DNA from: Chloroflexota bacterium
GTDB lineage: Bacteria > Chloroflexota > Dehalococcoidia > Lucifugimonadales > GCA-2712585
Direction: 5' to 3'
Assembly (NCBI GenBank): GCA_027294635.1
Contig: JAPULR010000002.1
Location: 1-24,000, forward strand
DNA length: 24,000 nt
The notes under the pieces: model-generated
Seen by the model: only the letters and a program-made list of their open reading frames with translations
Told to the model about the DNA's origin: nothing
Database searches by the model: none
Part shown: piece after piece, positions 8,013 to 15,709 of the stretch
Position numbering within the stretch: position 1 is the first letter of the stretch
How the letters are laid out: every line of letters starts with the position of its first letter
Made by a program: the position numbers and the translations under genes

Positions 8013-8819
8013 CTATCCCTTGGGCGCATCGTGGGAAAGGGCGGTAGGTTGCTCACGAACAACTTTATACGTTTTACCTGGAATTGCCAATTCACATGCC
8101 CCGGAAAACTCTTTTGCTACTTCCGTTAATATTTGATCAGGGTCATGACTTTCCCAAATGTGAGTGACTAGCAAGTTACCCACATTCGCATTGGCAGCTG
8201 CGGCGCCTGCTTCCCTACCGGTCATGTGTCCCCGTTGGGCTGAGTTCTTTGGGCTGGTTATCCCATCACCTGCTTCACATAGGAAAAGACTGGATTCATT
8301 TGCGATAGAGATTAGAGGTTCGCACAGGCTAGAGTCTGCAGAGTAACACAACGAGCCAGCGTCATTTTCAATGCGCATTGCAAACGTGGGAATGAAGTGT
8401 TGTACCTGTTGAAATTTGATCTGGAGCCCTGGCAGACAAAGAACCGTCCCCGCCGTATATTCCTCCACATCATAAGCGTCTAGGGGATACCCCATGGACA
8501 ATTCGTCTAAAAACTTTAATAGTTGGGTGCGAGTATCGGGAGGAGTCCATACTTTAAATGGGGTGTTTGCATGGGTGACAGGAGATAGCTTTAGAAGATA
8601 GCTTAGTGGGACTAGGCCAAGCCAATGATCTATGTGCAGGTGGGATATCACTATACCAGAGAGTTCTGGCAGTGATTTTCTGAATTCAGGTGTCGCCACT
8701 ACACCAGGACCAATGTCCAGGACTACTGAGGTATCTCCTCCTTTGACTAGATAGCCGGATGACGCCCCTCCAGGGTTGGGGCATACGGGGCCGTTTCCGA
8801 GGATGGTAAGTTCCAACAT
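8013..8819 (-). CDS. MBL-fold metallo-hydrolase (Lactamase_B_2 / RNase Z-PhnP-like)
   Basis: HxHxDH motif in VISHLHIDHWLGLVPL and a C-terminal GHMTGREAG...LLVTHI motif. The start is moved to the second ATG (8819, MLELTILGNG...) because GGAGG sits 5 nt upstream of it. The ORF-track start at 8834 lacks an SD. Confidence 0.8.
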   Translation of the reverse strand: MLELTILGNGPVCPNPGGASSGYLVKGGDTSVVLDIGPGVVATPEFRKSLPELSGIVISHLHIDHWLGLVPLSYLLKLSPVTHANTPFKVWTPPDTRTQLLKFLDELSMGYPLDAYDVEEYTAGTVLCLPGLQIKFQQVQHFIPTFAMRIENDAGSLCYSADSSLCEPLISIANESSLFLCEAGDGITSPKNSAQRGHMTGREAGAAAANANVGNLLVTHIWESHDPDQILTEVAKEFSGACELAIPGKTYKVVREQPTALSHDAPKG

Positions 8820-8968
8820 CAACACCTCCGTCATTGTTTTATTATGTCCCTTTCACGCTGGGCAAGCCCCCCATTTTTAATCGACCGATCCATCTGCGGC
8901 AGTAGGGAACCGCTCGCCTTTGAGAAGCCCCCGCTGTAGAATTATGAATATGATTCAGGAGATGTAAA

Positions 8969-10891
8969 GTGGTTCAAGCCGACGAGCGATCACAACTGCT
9001 ACGAGAAGTTGAACTTTTCCGAGATATCGATGCCTCCGAGTTACAGTTAATCGTCCAACAGATGAAAGAGGAGTCCTATGCGGACCGACAGGTGGTCTTC
9101 CGTGAAGGGGATCCCGGCGACAGGTTGTTCATTCTACTCGAAGGCACTATGCACATATACGTCAATCGGGAAAACCAGGTCATCACCTATAACAGGCTTC
9201 AAGCAGGAGAGTGTTTTGGTGAGATGGCCCTTATCGAGAATACTCCCCGGTCGGCGACTGTCCAGGCAGAGGCACCCTCGAAGTGCCTCACATTATCTCG
9301 CCAGGGTTTTCTGGACCTGCTGAGTAACCACCCTCTCGTTGTCCTTAGACTGATGCGGGTTTTGGTTCCTCGACTTCGAAGTACAAACGTTCAGCTCCAA
9401 AATTATGCCACTCGGCGACGAGCCGGATCAGATAGTGCCCGGGTCGCCATGAACTTTTTGAATTACGAAACAGAGGGGTTCTTTGACGAAATGCTCGACG
9501 AAAGCGGTCGACCTCGCGACGCCGCAGCCCTCCTAATGCAACGCATTACTAACCTGCCAGAAGGCGAATTACAAGATCGGCAACAAGCAGCTGAACAAGC
9601 ACTACTAAACCTGGGTATCACATTTAACGTATACGGCGATGAATCCGGAACGGAGAAGATATTTCCTTTCGACATAATACCAAGGATCGTTGGGGCCAGT
9701 GACTGGAATTACATAGAGAAGGGATTAAAGCAGCGCATTCAAGCCCTAAACCTGTTTATAGATGATCTGTACCACTCTCAGAAGATTGTGAAAGACGGTA
9801 TCGTGCCAGAGCACCTGATTCAATCCGCTCAAAACTTGTTGCTACCTTGTGAGGGACTCAATCCACCAAAAGGCATCTGGTGTCATATCACTGGTACCGA
9901 CATAGTACGAGACGGGGATGGTCAATTATATGTTCTGGAAGACAACCTACGCTGCCCCTCAGGGGTCTCTTATGTCCTGGAAAACCGCCAGGTCCTAAAG
10001 GCTACATTCCCGCAAGTATTTGAGGCGTCTAAAGTTAGACCAGTTGACGATTATCCAAGCCGTCTGCTGGAAACCTTACAAAGTATTGCTCCAGAGGGTT
10101 CTGAATCACCTACGATCGTCTTGTTAACGCCAGGCACCTATAACTCTGCCTATTTCGAGCACGCATTTTTAGCTCAGCAAATGGGCATTGAACTGGTGCA
10201 AGGAAGCGATCTAATGGTAGTCGACGGTTATGTCAACATGCGCACCACTCATGGTCTTGAACAGGTGGACGTCATATATAGACGGATTGATGATGATTTT
10301 CTTGACCCTCAAATATTCAACCCAGAGTCTCAACTTGGTGTCCCAGGGTTGATAGATGTATATAGGGCTGGTCGGGTAGCGCTCGCAAATGCACCGGGAA
10401 CGGGAGTAGCTGATGACAAGGCCGTATACACCTACGTTCCGCAAATGATCAAATATTACCTGGACCAGGATATGATTTTGCCTAACGTTCCTACATACAT
10501 CTGTTGGGACGACAAACAGCGAGAACATGTCCTGGCCAATCTGGACAAGCTAGTGGTGAAGGTAACCAATGAATCAGGTGGCTACGGGATGCTTATTGGT
10601 CCACACTCCACCACTAAGGAGCAGGAACTATTCGCCGAACGTATAAAGGCTAATCCACGGAACTACATCGCGCAGCCGACCCTAGCCCTTTCCAGAGCCC
10701 CAGTAATCGTCGACGGCAAATTCGAAGGCCGTCACGTCGATTTACGTCCTTACATTCTATATGGATCGGACATCTATGTTCTCCCTGGCGGTCTAACGCG
10801 GGTTGCACTAAAGAAGGGCTCGCTGGTAGTTAATTCTTCACAGGGTGGCGGCAGCAAGGATACGTGGGTAATCGCGGAGGAACCACAATAA
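8969..10891 (+). CDS. Fusion protein: N-terminal cyclic-nucleotide-binding domain plus circularly permuted type-2 ATP-grasp (amidoligase-like) protein
   Basis: GTG start with AGGAGA 6 nt upstream. Residues 1 to about 140 form a CNB fold with the phosphate-binding cassette [18 protein letters not shown] (nt 9215-9268). From Met161 (ATG 9449) [15 protein letters not shown]...[26 protein letters not shown]...[21 protein letters not shown] matches the usual N-terminus and body of stand-alone CP ATP-grasp type-2 proteins (about 480 aa). Confidence 0.85.
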   Translation: MVQADERSQLLREVELFRDIDASELQLIVQQMKEESYADRQVVFREGDPGDRLFILLEGTMHIYVNRENQVITYNRLQAGECFGEMALIENTPRSATVQAEAPSKCLTLSRQGFLDLLSNHPLVVLRLMRVLVPRLRSTNVQLQNYATRRRAGSDSARVAMNFLNYETEGFFDEMLDESGRPRDAAALLMQRITNLPEGELQDRQQAAEQALLNLGITFNVYGDESGTEKIFPFDIIPRIVGASDWNYIEKGLKQRIQALNLFIDDLYHSQKIVKDGIVPEHLIQSAQNLLLPCEGLNPPKGIWCHITGTDIVRDGDGQLYVLEDNLRCPSGVSYVLENRQVLKATFPQVFEASKVRPVDDYPSRLLETLQSIAPEGSESPTIVLLTPGTYNSAYFEHAFLAQQMGIELVQGSDLMVVDGYVNMRTTHGLEQVDVIYRRIDDDFLDPQIFNPESQLGVPGLIDVYRAGRVALANAPGTGVADDKAVYTYVPQMIKYYLDQDMILPNVPTYICWDDKQREHVLANLDKLVVKVTNESGGYGMLIGPHSTTKEQELFAERIKANPRNYIAQPTLALSRAPVIVDGKFEGRHVDLRPYILYGSDIYVLPGGLTRVALKKGSLVVNSSQGGGSKDTWVIAEEPQ

Positions 10892-11871
10892 TGTTAAGCA
10901 GAGTTGCTGATTCAATATACTGGATGAATCGATACCTAGAACGGGCCGAGAACGTCGCCCGATTTGTTGACGTGAATCTAAACCTGCTGCTCGACCTGCC
11001 TGGATCTGCGGATGAACAGTGGGAGCCGTTAGTTCAGACTACAGGCGATGAATTGCTATTTCGGGAGAGGTTTGGTCAGGCTACCCAAGAGAATGTACTA
11101 GCTTTTTTAACATTTGATGCCGGTAATCCCAACTCTGTCTTTTCGTGTCTGGGTGCTGCGCGCGAAAATGCTCGATCAGTCCGCGAAACTATTTCTTCAG
11201 AAATGTGGGAACAGATAAACAAATTCTACCTTATGGTTAGGTCTGCCGCCGCCGCAGGAGGTGTTTTAGAAAATCCTCACAACTTTTATACTGATGTCAA
11301 AATGGCATCCCACTTATTCATGGGGATAACAGATGCCACCATGTCACATGGCGAAGCCTGGCACTTCGGACGTCTTGGAACTCTCCTTGAGCGGGCCGAC
11401 AAAACATCGCGAATGCTAGACGTCAAGTACTTCGTCCTTCTTCCCAGTGTGACGGATGTAGGTACCTCAATCGACGATATCCAGTGGTCTGCAGTGCTAA
11501 AATCAACTAGCGCATTTGAAATGTATCGGAAGCGTCATGGGCGCCTAGCGCCAGATCTTGTAGCCGATTTTTTGATCCTTGATAAAGAATTCCCACGATC
11601 CATCCGTTCCTGTGTGGTCAACGCTGAGGAATCTTTACACACCATCGGAGGCTCACCAATGAGCGCTTTCAATAACGTTGCCGAGCGGAGCCTCGGACGA
11701 ATTCGGTCAGAATTAGATTATGCCCAGATACAGGAAATTATTACAGGCGGTCTGCACGAATTTCACGTAGAGTTACGAAGCAAGCTATTTTCGGTCGGCA
11801 ATGACGTTTTTGACACCTTTTTCGCGACACGGTCTTCCCTGAATTCTTTGACTCCTATCACAGAATGTTGA
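10891..11871 (+). CDS. Alpha-E domain protein (usual partner of CP ATP-grasp type-2)
   Basis: [25 protein letters not shown] is the family's characteristic N-terminus. ATG 10891 overlaps the upstream TAA (TAATG), implying translational coupling. The ORF-track GTG at 10864 would overlap the ATP-grasp gene by 28 nt and is not favoured. Confidence 0.85.
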   Translation: MLSRVADSIYWMNRYLERAENVARFVDVNLNLLLDLPGSADEQWEPLVQTTGDELLFRERFGQATQENVLAFLTFDAGNPNSVFSCLGAARENARSVRETISSEMWEQINKFYLMVRSAAAAGGVLENPHNFYTDVKMASHLFMGITDATMSHGEAWHFGRLGTLLERADKTSRMLDVKYFVLLPSVTDVGTSIDDIQWSAVLKSTSAFEMYRKRHGRLAPDLVADFLILDKEFPRSIRSCVVNAEESLHTIGGSPMSAFNNVAERSLGRIRSELDYAQIQEIITGGLHEFHVELRSKLFSVGNDVFDTFFATRSSLNSLTPITEC

Positions 11872-11995
11872 CAGATCCACTCCAAAGCAATTGACGAAGT
11901 CTGTGGCCGTTAGCATTACGTCATCGAGTTTCCAACAATCGTTTACCTTTTGTCTCTTGCCGTACGGAAGAACCTATTAGTCGATTTATTGAAGG

Positions 11996-12024
11996 TTGGA
12001 TGACCTAGATACCGTAGATATTAA
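11996..12024 (+). promoter_or_regulatory. Candidate sigma70-type promoter upstream of paralog D
   Basis: TTGGAT (11996-12001), 17-nt spacer, TATTAA (12019-12024). SD aaGGAGa at 12043-12049 and ATG at 12057. Confidence 0.4.
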
Positions 12025-12056
12025 AATCTTCGATAGCCGAACAAGGAGATGTAGCG

Positions 12057-12731
12057 ATGGATACCAGGGTAATTTGCTTTTCAAGAAGCATGTCCGGTGG
12101 GGGAGATGAAATCGCTCGCAAGGTTGCAGATAAGATCCGTTTTCGCTATGTGGACGATGAGATCATCATCACGGCGGCAGAAAAAGAGGGAGTCTCTCCG
12201 ATAATGATTGGGAAGGTTGAACGTTCTAGCCCGATCATAGACCGTATCCTTGGATCCATGTCTTATAACAATCCCAAACAAGAGGAGAAAGGTGGGGGAT
12301 CCTATCAAATTACGAGTTCCAAACTGAGTCAGTCAGAGGGATACCGACAAATAATCCAAGATGTGATCGTTGAAACTGCCAAAATGGGTAAGGTCGTAAT
12401 CGTTGCGCATGGTGCAGCGATCCCCTTATCAGAGATGAGCGGGGTTTTGCGGGTATTTGTTACCGCCTCTCAATCGAACCGGACCAAACGACACATGAGC
12501 ACATCGAACTTGGATGAGCAAAAAGCGAGGGAAGATATCGTTGCCTCCGATCGTCAACGTACGGACTACTTTCGAAAATTTTACCATATCGATCAGGAAC
12601 TACCGACTCATTACGACATAGTATTGAACACTGACCACCTCACTCCTTCAATTGCTGTAGATGTGATAGTTAGAATCGCGAAGAAACTGAAGACAGACAT
12701 GTATGAACCCGCCCAAGACGAAAGAGGGTAG
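12057..12731 (+). CDS. Cytidylate kinase-like family protein, paralog D (longer central loop and C-terminal tail)
   Basis: ICFSRSMSGGGDEIARKVADKIRFRYVDDEII...VVIVAHGAAIPLS...ELPTHYDIVLNTDHLTPSIAVDVI. It shares about 30 nt of the upstream RBS region (ccgaacaaGGAGa) with paralog C. Confidence 0.85.
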   Translation: MDTRVICFSRSMSGGGDEIARKVADKIRFRYVDDEIIITAAEKEGVSPIMIGKVERSSPIIDRILGSMSYNNPKQEEKGGGSYQITSSKLSQSEGYRQIIQDVIVETAKMGKVVIVAHGAAIPLSEMSGVLRVFVTASQSNRTKRHMSTSNLDEQKAREDIVASDRQRTDYFRKFYHIDQELPTHYDIVLNTDHLTPSIAVDVIVRIAKKLKTDMYEPAQDERG

Positions 12732-12875
12732 CCAATAACTTTCAATAACATTGCTGCCCCGATCGGGAAATACGGCTAATTTATCGAATCACCTCAAGAA
12801 TTCGAACCAAGAAACTATCGTAGGACCTAGTTGTTGTACCGATTTGCCCCCCCCAGGAAGGATTAATCATGCTAA

Positions 12876-13115
12876 AGCGCCGCCGCTGGATTCAATCTGG
12901 GCCTGCTGCTGGAGGACGCCGGAGACGCCGACAAAGCGGCCCGGGCCAGAGGAAGAAAAGGTGGCCGGCCCAAGCGGCTCGATGAGAAGAAGAGGAAACT
13001 GGCTGTAGAGATGTACCGGGAACGTAAGCACTCTATCGAGGAGATCTGCGACATGATGGAGATTACAAAGCCAACGCTATACAGGTATATTCGAGAGGCA
13101 GGTAGCTTAACATAA
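12876..13115 (+). pseudogene. 3' remnant of a serine recombinase (resolvase/invertase): linker plus HTH_7 domain only
   Basis: The frame ending at TAA 13113-13115 reads ...AARARGRKGGRPKRLDEKKRKLAVEMYRERKHSIEEICDMMEITKPTLYRYIREAG, the classic resolvase linker and C-terminal HTH. Upstream it degenerates (AAAGFNLGLLLEDAGDADK versus the expected AEFERxLIxERTxAGL) and hits stops at 12864-66 and 12873-75. No catalytic domain; the only nearby ATG (12869) is in another frame. Confidence 0.65.
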
Positions 13116-13763
13116 CTGCGCCTTTTGTCTCGTTTGAACAAATGAAAGCAGCCGGGGAACCTCAGCTTCGGATTGATCGACCTTCCACTAAAGAATCCGA
13201 CTGCCTTGCGCAGAAGCGCATCACAAATCAGTCCTGGCCTTTGCCAAAGGCTGGGGTCCGGCATCGCAGCGTTCTTCCTAGCTGTGGTCTACCTGGTTAG
13301 GCCCCAGGCCCTAGAGGAGCCGCCTTGTCTCTCCTCCAAGCTCAGATCGCAGGTTCCTCTAGCTAATTCACCCGAAGGTGTCACCCTAGCTAGAACTTAC
13401 CCAGATAGGCTTTCCTGTAGAATCCCCGCGCCTTGAACCTCGGTTCAACTACAGTTCCACCTACCCGAGCCTCCAATTGGCATTTGGAGTCGTACTCAGC
13501 GGAGACCGGGTGAGGAGAAAACAGTTGCGAGAATAGTTTCTCCACAACGGTCCCTCCTTCTCCCTGAACCTGATTTACGAAAGGTCACGTCGTAGTGCAG
13601 GTATCTTCTATTTTATCATCATCGGACGATCTGTGATCTATAAGAGTCTCTGATGGTCGATTTTTGGGAGATCCCCCTGAAAACCGGCTACTCAGAAGCC
13701 CGTACAGCCTTTCTCTGAATGCCGGCCGACCAAGGGGTAAACTACTTTTGTTGCCGTTAGCCA

Positions 13764-13794
13764 GTTGACAAGAATCGCCACCTATGGGATGAGG
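13764..13794 (+). repeat. 31-nt direct repeat copy R1 (GTTGACAAGAAT-N6-CTATGGGATGAGG)
   Basis: 28/31 identical to 14368-14398. Contains a TTGACA hexamer. Followed by a hairpin rather than a gene. Confidence 0.8.
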
Positions 13795-13827
13795 AATAAA
13801 GAACGGACGGTGATCAGTCCGCCGTCC
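13791..13827 (-). terminator. Hairpin terminator candidate downstream of the 13862..14203 gene
   Basis: Stem 13805-13812 (GGACGGTG) pairs with 13820-13827 (CGCCGTCC) including one G-U pair, with a 7-nt loop. On the minus strand it is followed by GTTCTTTATTCC. It sits 35 nt past the stop codon. Confidence 0.45.
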
Positions 13828-13861
13828 ACTCTTTCTTGCTCCAGGAGCCTGGGATAGAGCC

Positions 13862-14203
13862 CTATCCGCTCCCGCTTTGCAGGTAAAGCTCAGGCATGGG
13901 TCCAGGCGGAGGGGCACTTACATCCAACCCGTGGATCTCTTTCACCTTACCGGCAAACCACAGGTCGAACGGAACAGTTGAGGAACTCAGCTTTGCCATG
14001 ACGTCATCTGCCCCAGGCCCTTCTTGTAGCACAACCACGACTGGTCCCATCGGCGTCTCGGCAAGCCATGCGTCGTGCCGAGTCAGGCGATACCTCTGGT
14101 TGTAGCTGTTAAGCTCTGATTGGCGGGGCCCTTTAAGCTCAGAGGCCCACGCCTTCCAAGCCTCAAGCTTCCCTTCGACGATTGGAGCTACGATTATTCC
14201 CAT
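13862..14203 (-). CDS. Small conserved-looking hypothetical protein (113 aa)
   Basis: Start moved to ATG 14203 (MGIIVAPIVEGKLEAWKAW...) because GGAGGG lies 5 nt upstream. The ORF-track start at 14248 has no SD. High-GC codon usage with a clean ORF; I cannot name a family with confidence. Confidence 0.55.
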   Translation of the reverse strand: MGIIVAPIVEGKLEAWKAWASELKGPRQSELNSYNQRYRLTRHDAWLAETPMGPVVVVLQEGPGADDVMAKLSSSTVPFDLWFAGKVKEIHGLDVSAPPPGPMPELYLQSGSG

Positions 14204-14367
14204 GATTACCCTCCTATATGGTGGGATATGGGGGGCATGATCCCACACCGGGCTCCCCAGGTCAATAAGCGTGCAGTGGGTGGATGATCACAAGCCGATC
14301 ACCTTTCCGACGAGGAACGCCAGGCCGCCGTCGGTCGTCGCCCCGCCCGTGAGGGCTCCCGTAGCGG

Positions 14368-14398
14368 GTTGACAAGAATTGGCAGCTATGGGATGAGG
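14368..14398 (+). repeat. 31-nt direct repeat copy R2; probable promoter/operator of the primase-finger stub
   Basis: GTTGACAAGAATTGGCAGCTATGGGATGAGG, ending 30 nt upstream of ATG 14428, with the strong SD AAAGGAGGGGG between them. Confidence 0.8.
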
Positions 14399-14427
14399 GA
14401 GGTAGCACAAAATGAAAGGAGGGGGTC

Positions 14428-14676
14428 ATGGCTCAAACTCAATGGGTTTCATTCCAAGAGCTGAAAGAAAAGATCTCGATGTCGGATCTGCTGGCGTACT
14501 ATGGTCTCCTTGCCTCTCTCCAACCCCGGCGCGACGGGGAGGAGCTGGTGGGGTTGTGTCCCTTCCACCAGGAGACCCGGGGATCCTTCCACGTGTCAAC
14601 GGTCAAGAATGCCTGGAACTGCTTTGGTTGCCAAATGAAAGGCAACATCCATGATCCCCGAAACGTAGATTGTTGA
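14428..14676 (+). pseudogene. Truncated DNA primase: CHC2 zinc-finger domain only (phage/plasmid-type)
   Basis: GLCPFHQETRGSFHVSTVKNAWNCFGCQMKGNI matches the zf-CHC2 pattern CPFHxExxPSFxV...CFGCxxxG. The ORF stops 9 codons after the motif, with no TOPRIM or helicase-binding part downstream. Confidence 0.55.
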
Positions 14677-14876
14677 CTCTAGAGAGGGATTGTCTGAAAA
14701 CGATACCTGGAAGTCTTCAATCACGAGGGGTGATAATTGGGATATCGAGAGGTGGACTTGCCGGCGCTCCTTGGCAAACCCAACCCTATACGTTTTCACT
14801 GAAATCTCCTTTTTTCCAAATAATTATGTACCTTTGAGTCAAAACTAGGCACGAATAATTTTGACTGTAGAACAAA

Positions 14877-15157
14877 GTGCTGGAAAAGAGCTTTGAAGTG
14901 GGCCCCGCCGTGGCGCGAAACGACCTTCTGTGCTGTGACCGGTTCGACGTTATGGACCGGGTACACGAAATCCCTCTGTCTTCCCTGGTTATCTGCGGCA
15001 CTGAGGACATCATGACCCCGGTCAAGTACGCGAACTACCTGGCGGAAAGGATACCAAGGTCGCAAAGGTGCTGGTGGAGGGTGGAACCCACTACGTCCAC
15101 CTGGAGCACCCAGGGGTGGTGAATCGGGCCATCAGCCGGTTTCTTGCCGCCCTCTAG
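14877..15157 (+). pseudogene. C-terminal remnant of an alpha/beta-hydrolase, 5'-truncated and frameshifted
   Basis: ...CDRFDVMDRVHEIPLSSLVICGTEDIMTPVKYANYLAERIP is the typical region before the catalytic His. After about 15056-15064 the homologous reading continues in another frame (AKVLVEGGTHYVHLEHPGVVNRAISRFLAAL, stop TAG 15155-15157). An in-frame TAG at 14868-14870 removes everything upstream, including the nucleophile elbow. Confidence 0.65.
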
Positions 15158-15187
15158 CAGCGACGCAGGTTTCCACCTAAGAAAGGG

Positions 15188-15709
15188 TCAGGGCTTCTCG
15201 TTTAGGCCCAGGTTGGTGAACTGGCTTTCGTAGAACAGTAGCGGCTTTCCCGAGCCGCCCAGCGAAATTTCGTCAACCTCTCCGATGTAGATGGTGTGGT
15301 CACCGTGGACGTGGGAATCCACGACGCGGCAGCCGAAAAATGCCAGGGAACCTTCAATAACCGGCAGACCCTTCTCACTCAGGCGGTGCTGGTAAGGCAC
15401 CTCGCCATGCCGGTCCTCGGGGGGGCGGGCAAAGTAGGCCCCAATATCCTTCTGCTGCTCGCTGAGGATGTTGACGCCAAAGGAGCCACTGGATTCCACG
15501 AAACGGTGGGTATGGGTGCGAAAGTCCACGCAGACCAGTACCAGGGGGGGCGCAAGGCAGACGGAGGTGAAGGAGTTGGCGGTCATGCCATGCAGGGCGC
15601 CCTGATGGTCCAGTGTTGTCACCACGGTTACTCCCGTAGCGAACTTGGCCAGGCTGTTTCTAAACTCGTCTTTGGTGACCACCAAACCCCTCGGCGCCGA
15701 TGTTGACAC
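15188..15709 (-). CDS. Flavin reductase-like FMN-binding split-barrel protein (HpaC/NAD(P)H-flavin oxidoreductase family)
   Basis: FRNSLAKFATGVTVVTTLDHQGALHGMTANSFTSVCLAPPLVLVCVD is the family core. The GTG 15709 start lacks an SD; a start about 9 codons downstream (TTG/GTG after GAGGGG) is possible. Confidence 0.8.
   Translation of the reverse strand: MSTSAPRGLVVTKDEFRNSLAKFATGVTVVTTLDHQGALHGMTANSFTSVCLAPPLVLVCVDFRTHTHRFVESSGSFGVNILSEQQKDIGAYFARPPEDRHGEVPYQHRLSEKGLPVIEGSLAFFGCRVVDSHVHGDHTIYIGEVDEISLGGSGKPLLFYESQFTNLGLNEKP

Noticed and set aside
10864-10890. GTG 10864 as start of the alpha-E protein
   Set aside because: It would add 9 residues overlapping the ATP-grasp coding end. The family consensus N-terminus ([15 protein letters not shown]) begins exactly at ATG 10891, which forms a TAATG coupling junction.
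12751-13264. ORFs 12751..13008 (+) and 12872..13264 (-)
   Set aside because: Both overlap the region where a third frame gives an unmistakable resolvase linker/HTH sequence. Their own translations are basic and Pro/Ser/Arg-rich with no motifs, so they are treated as by-products of the decayed recombinase gene.
13585-13917. 110-aa minus-strand ORF and the + strand ORF 13896..14105
   Set aside because: The first spans the R1 repeat and the terminator hairpin and has no SD. The second is antisense to the SD-supported 13862..14203 gene. Neither resembles a known family.
13764-14398. Reading the 31-nt repeats as canonical sigma70 promoters
   Set aside because: TTGACA is perfect, but the best-looking downstream hexamer (TATGGG) is only 12 nt away, and the hexamer at 17 nt (GATGAG) is a poor -10. 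They are kept as a repeat/operator candidate rather than a called promoter.
15296-15706. 136-aa + strand ORF opposite the flavin reductase gene
   Set aside because: Antisense shadow ORF in very GC-rich DNA. The minus-strand product carries the clear flavin-reductase core motif; the plus-strand one has none.
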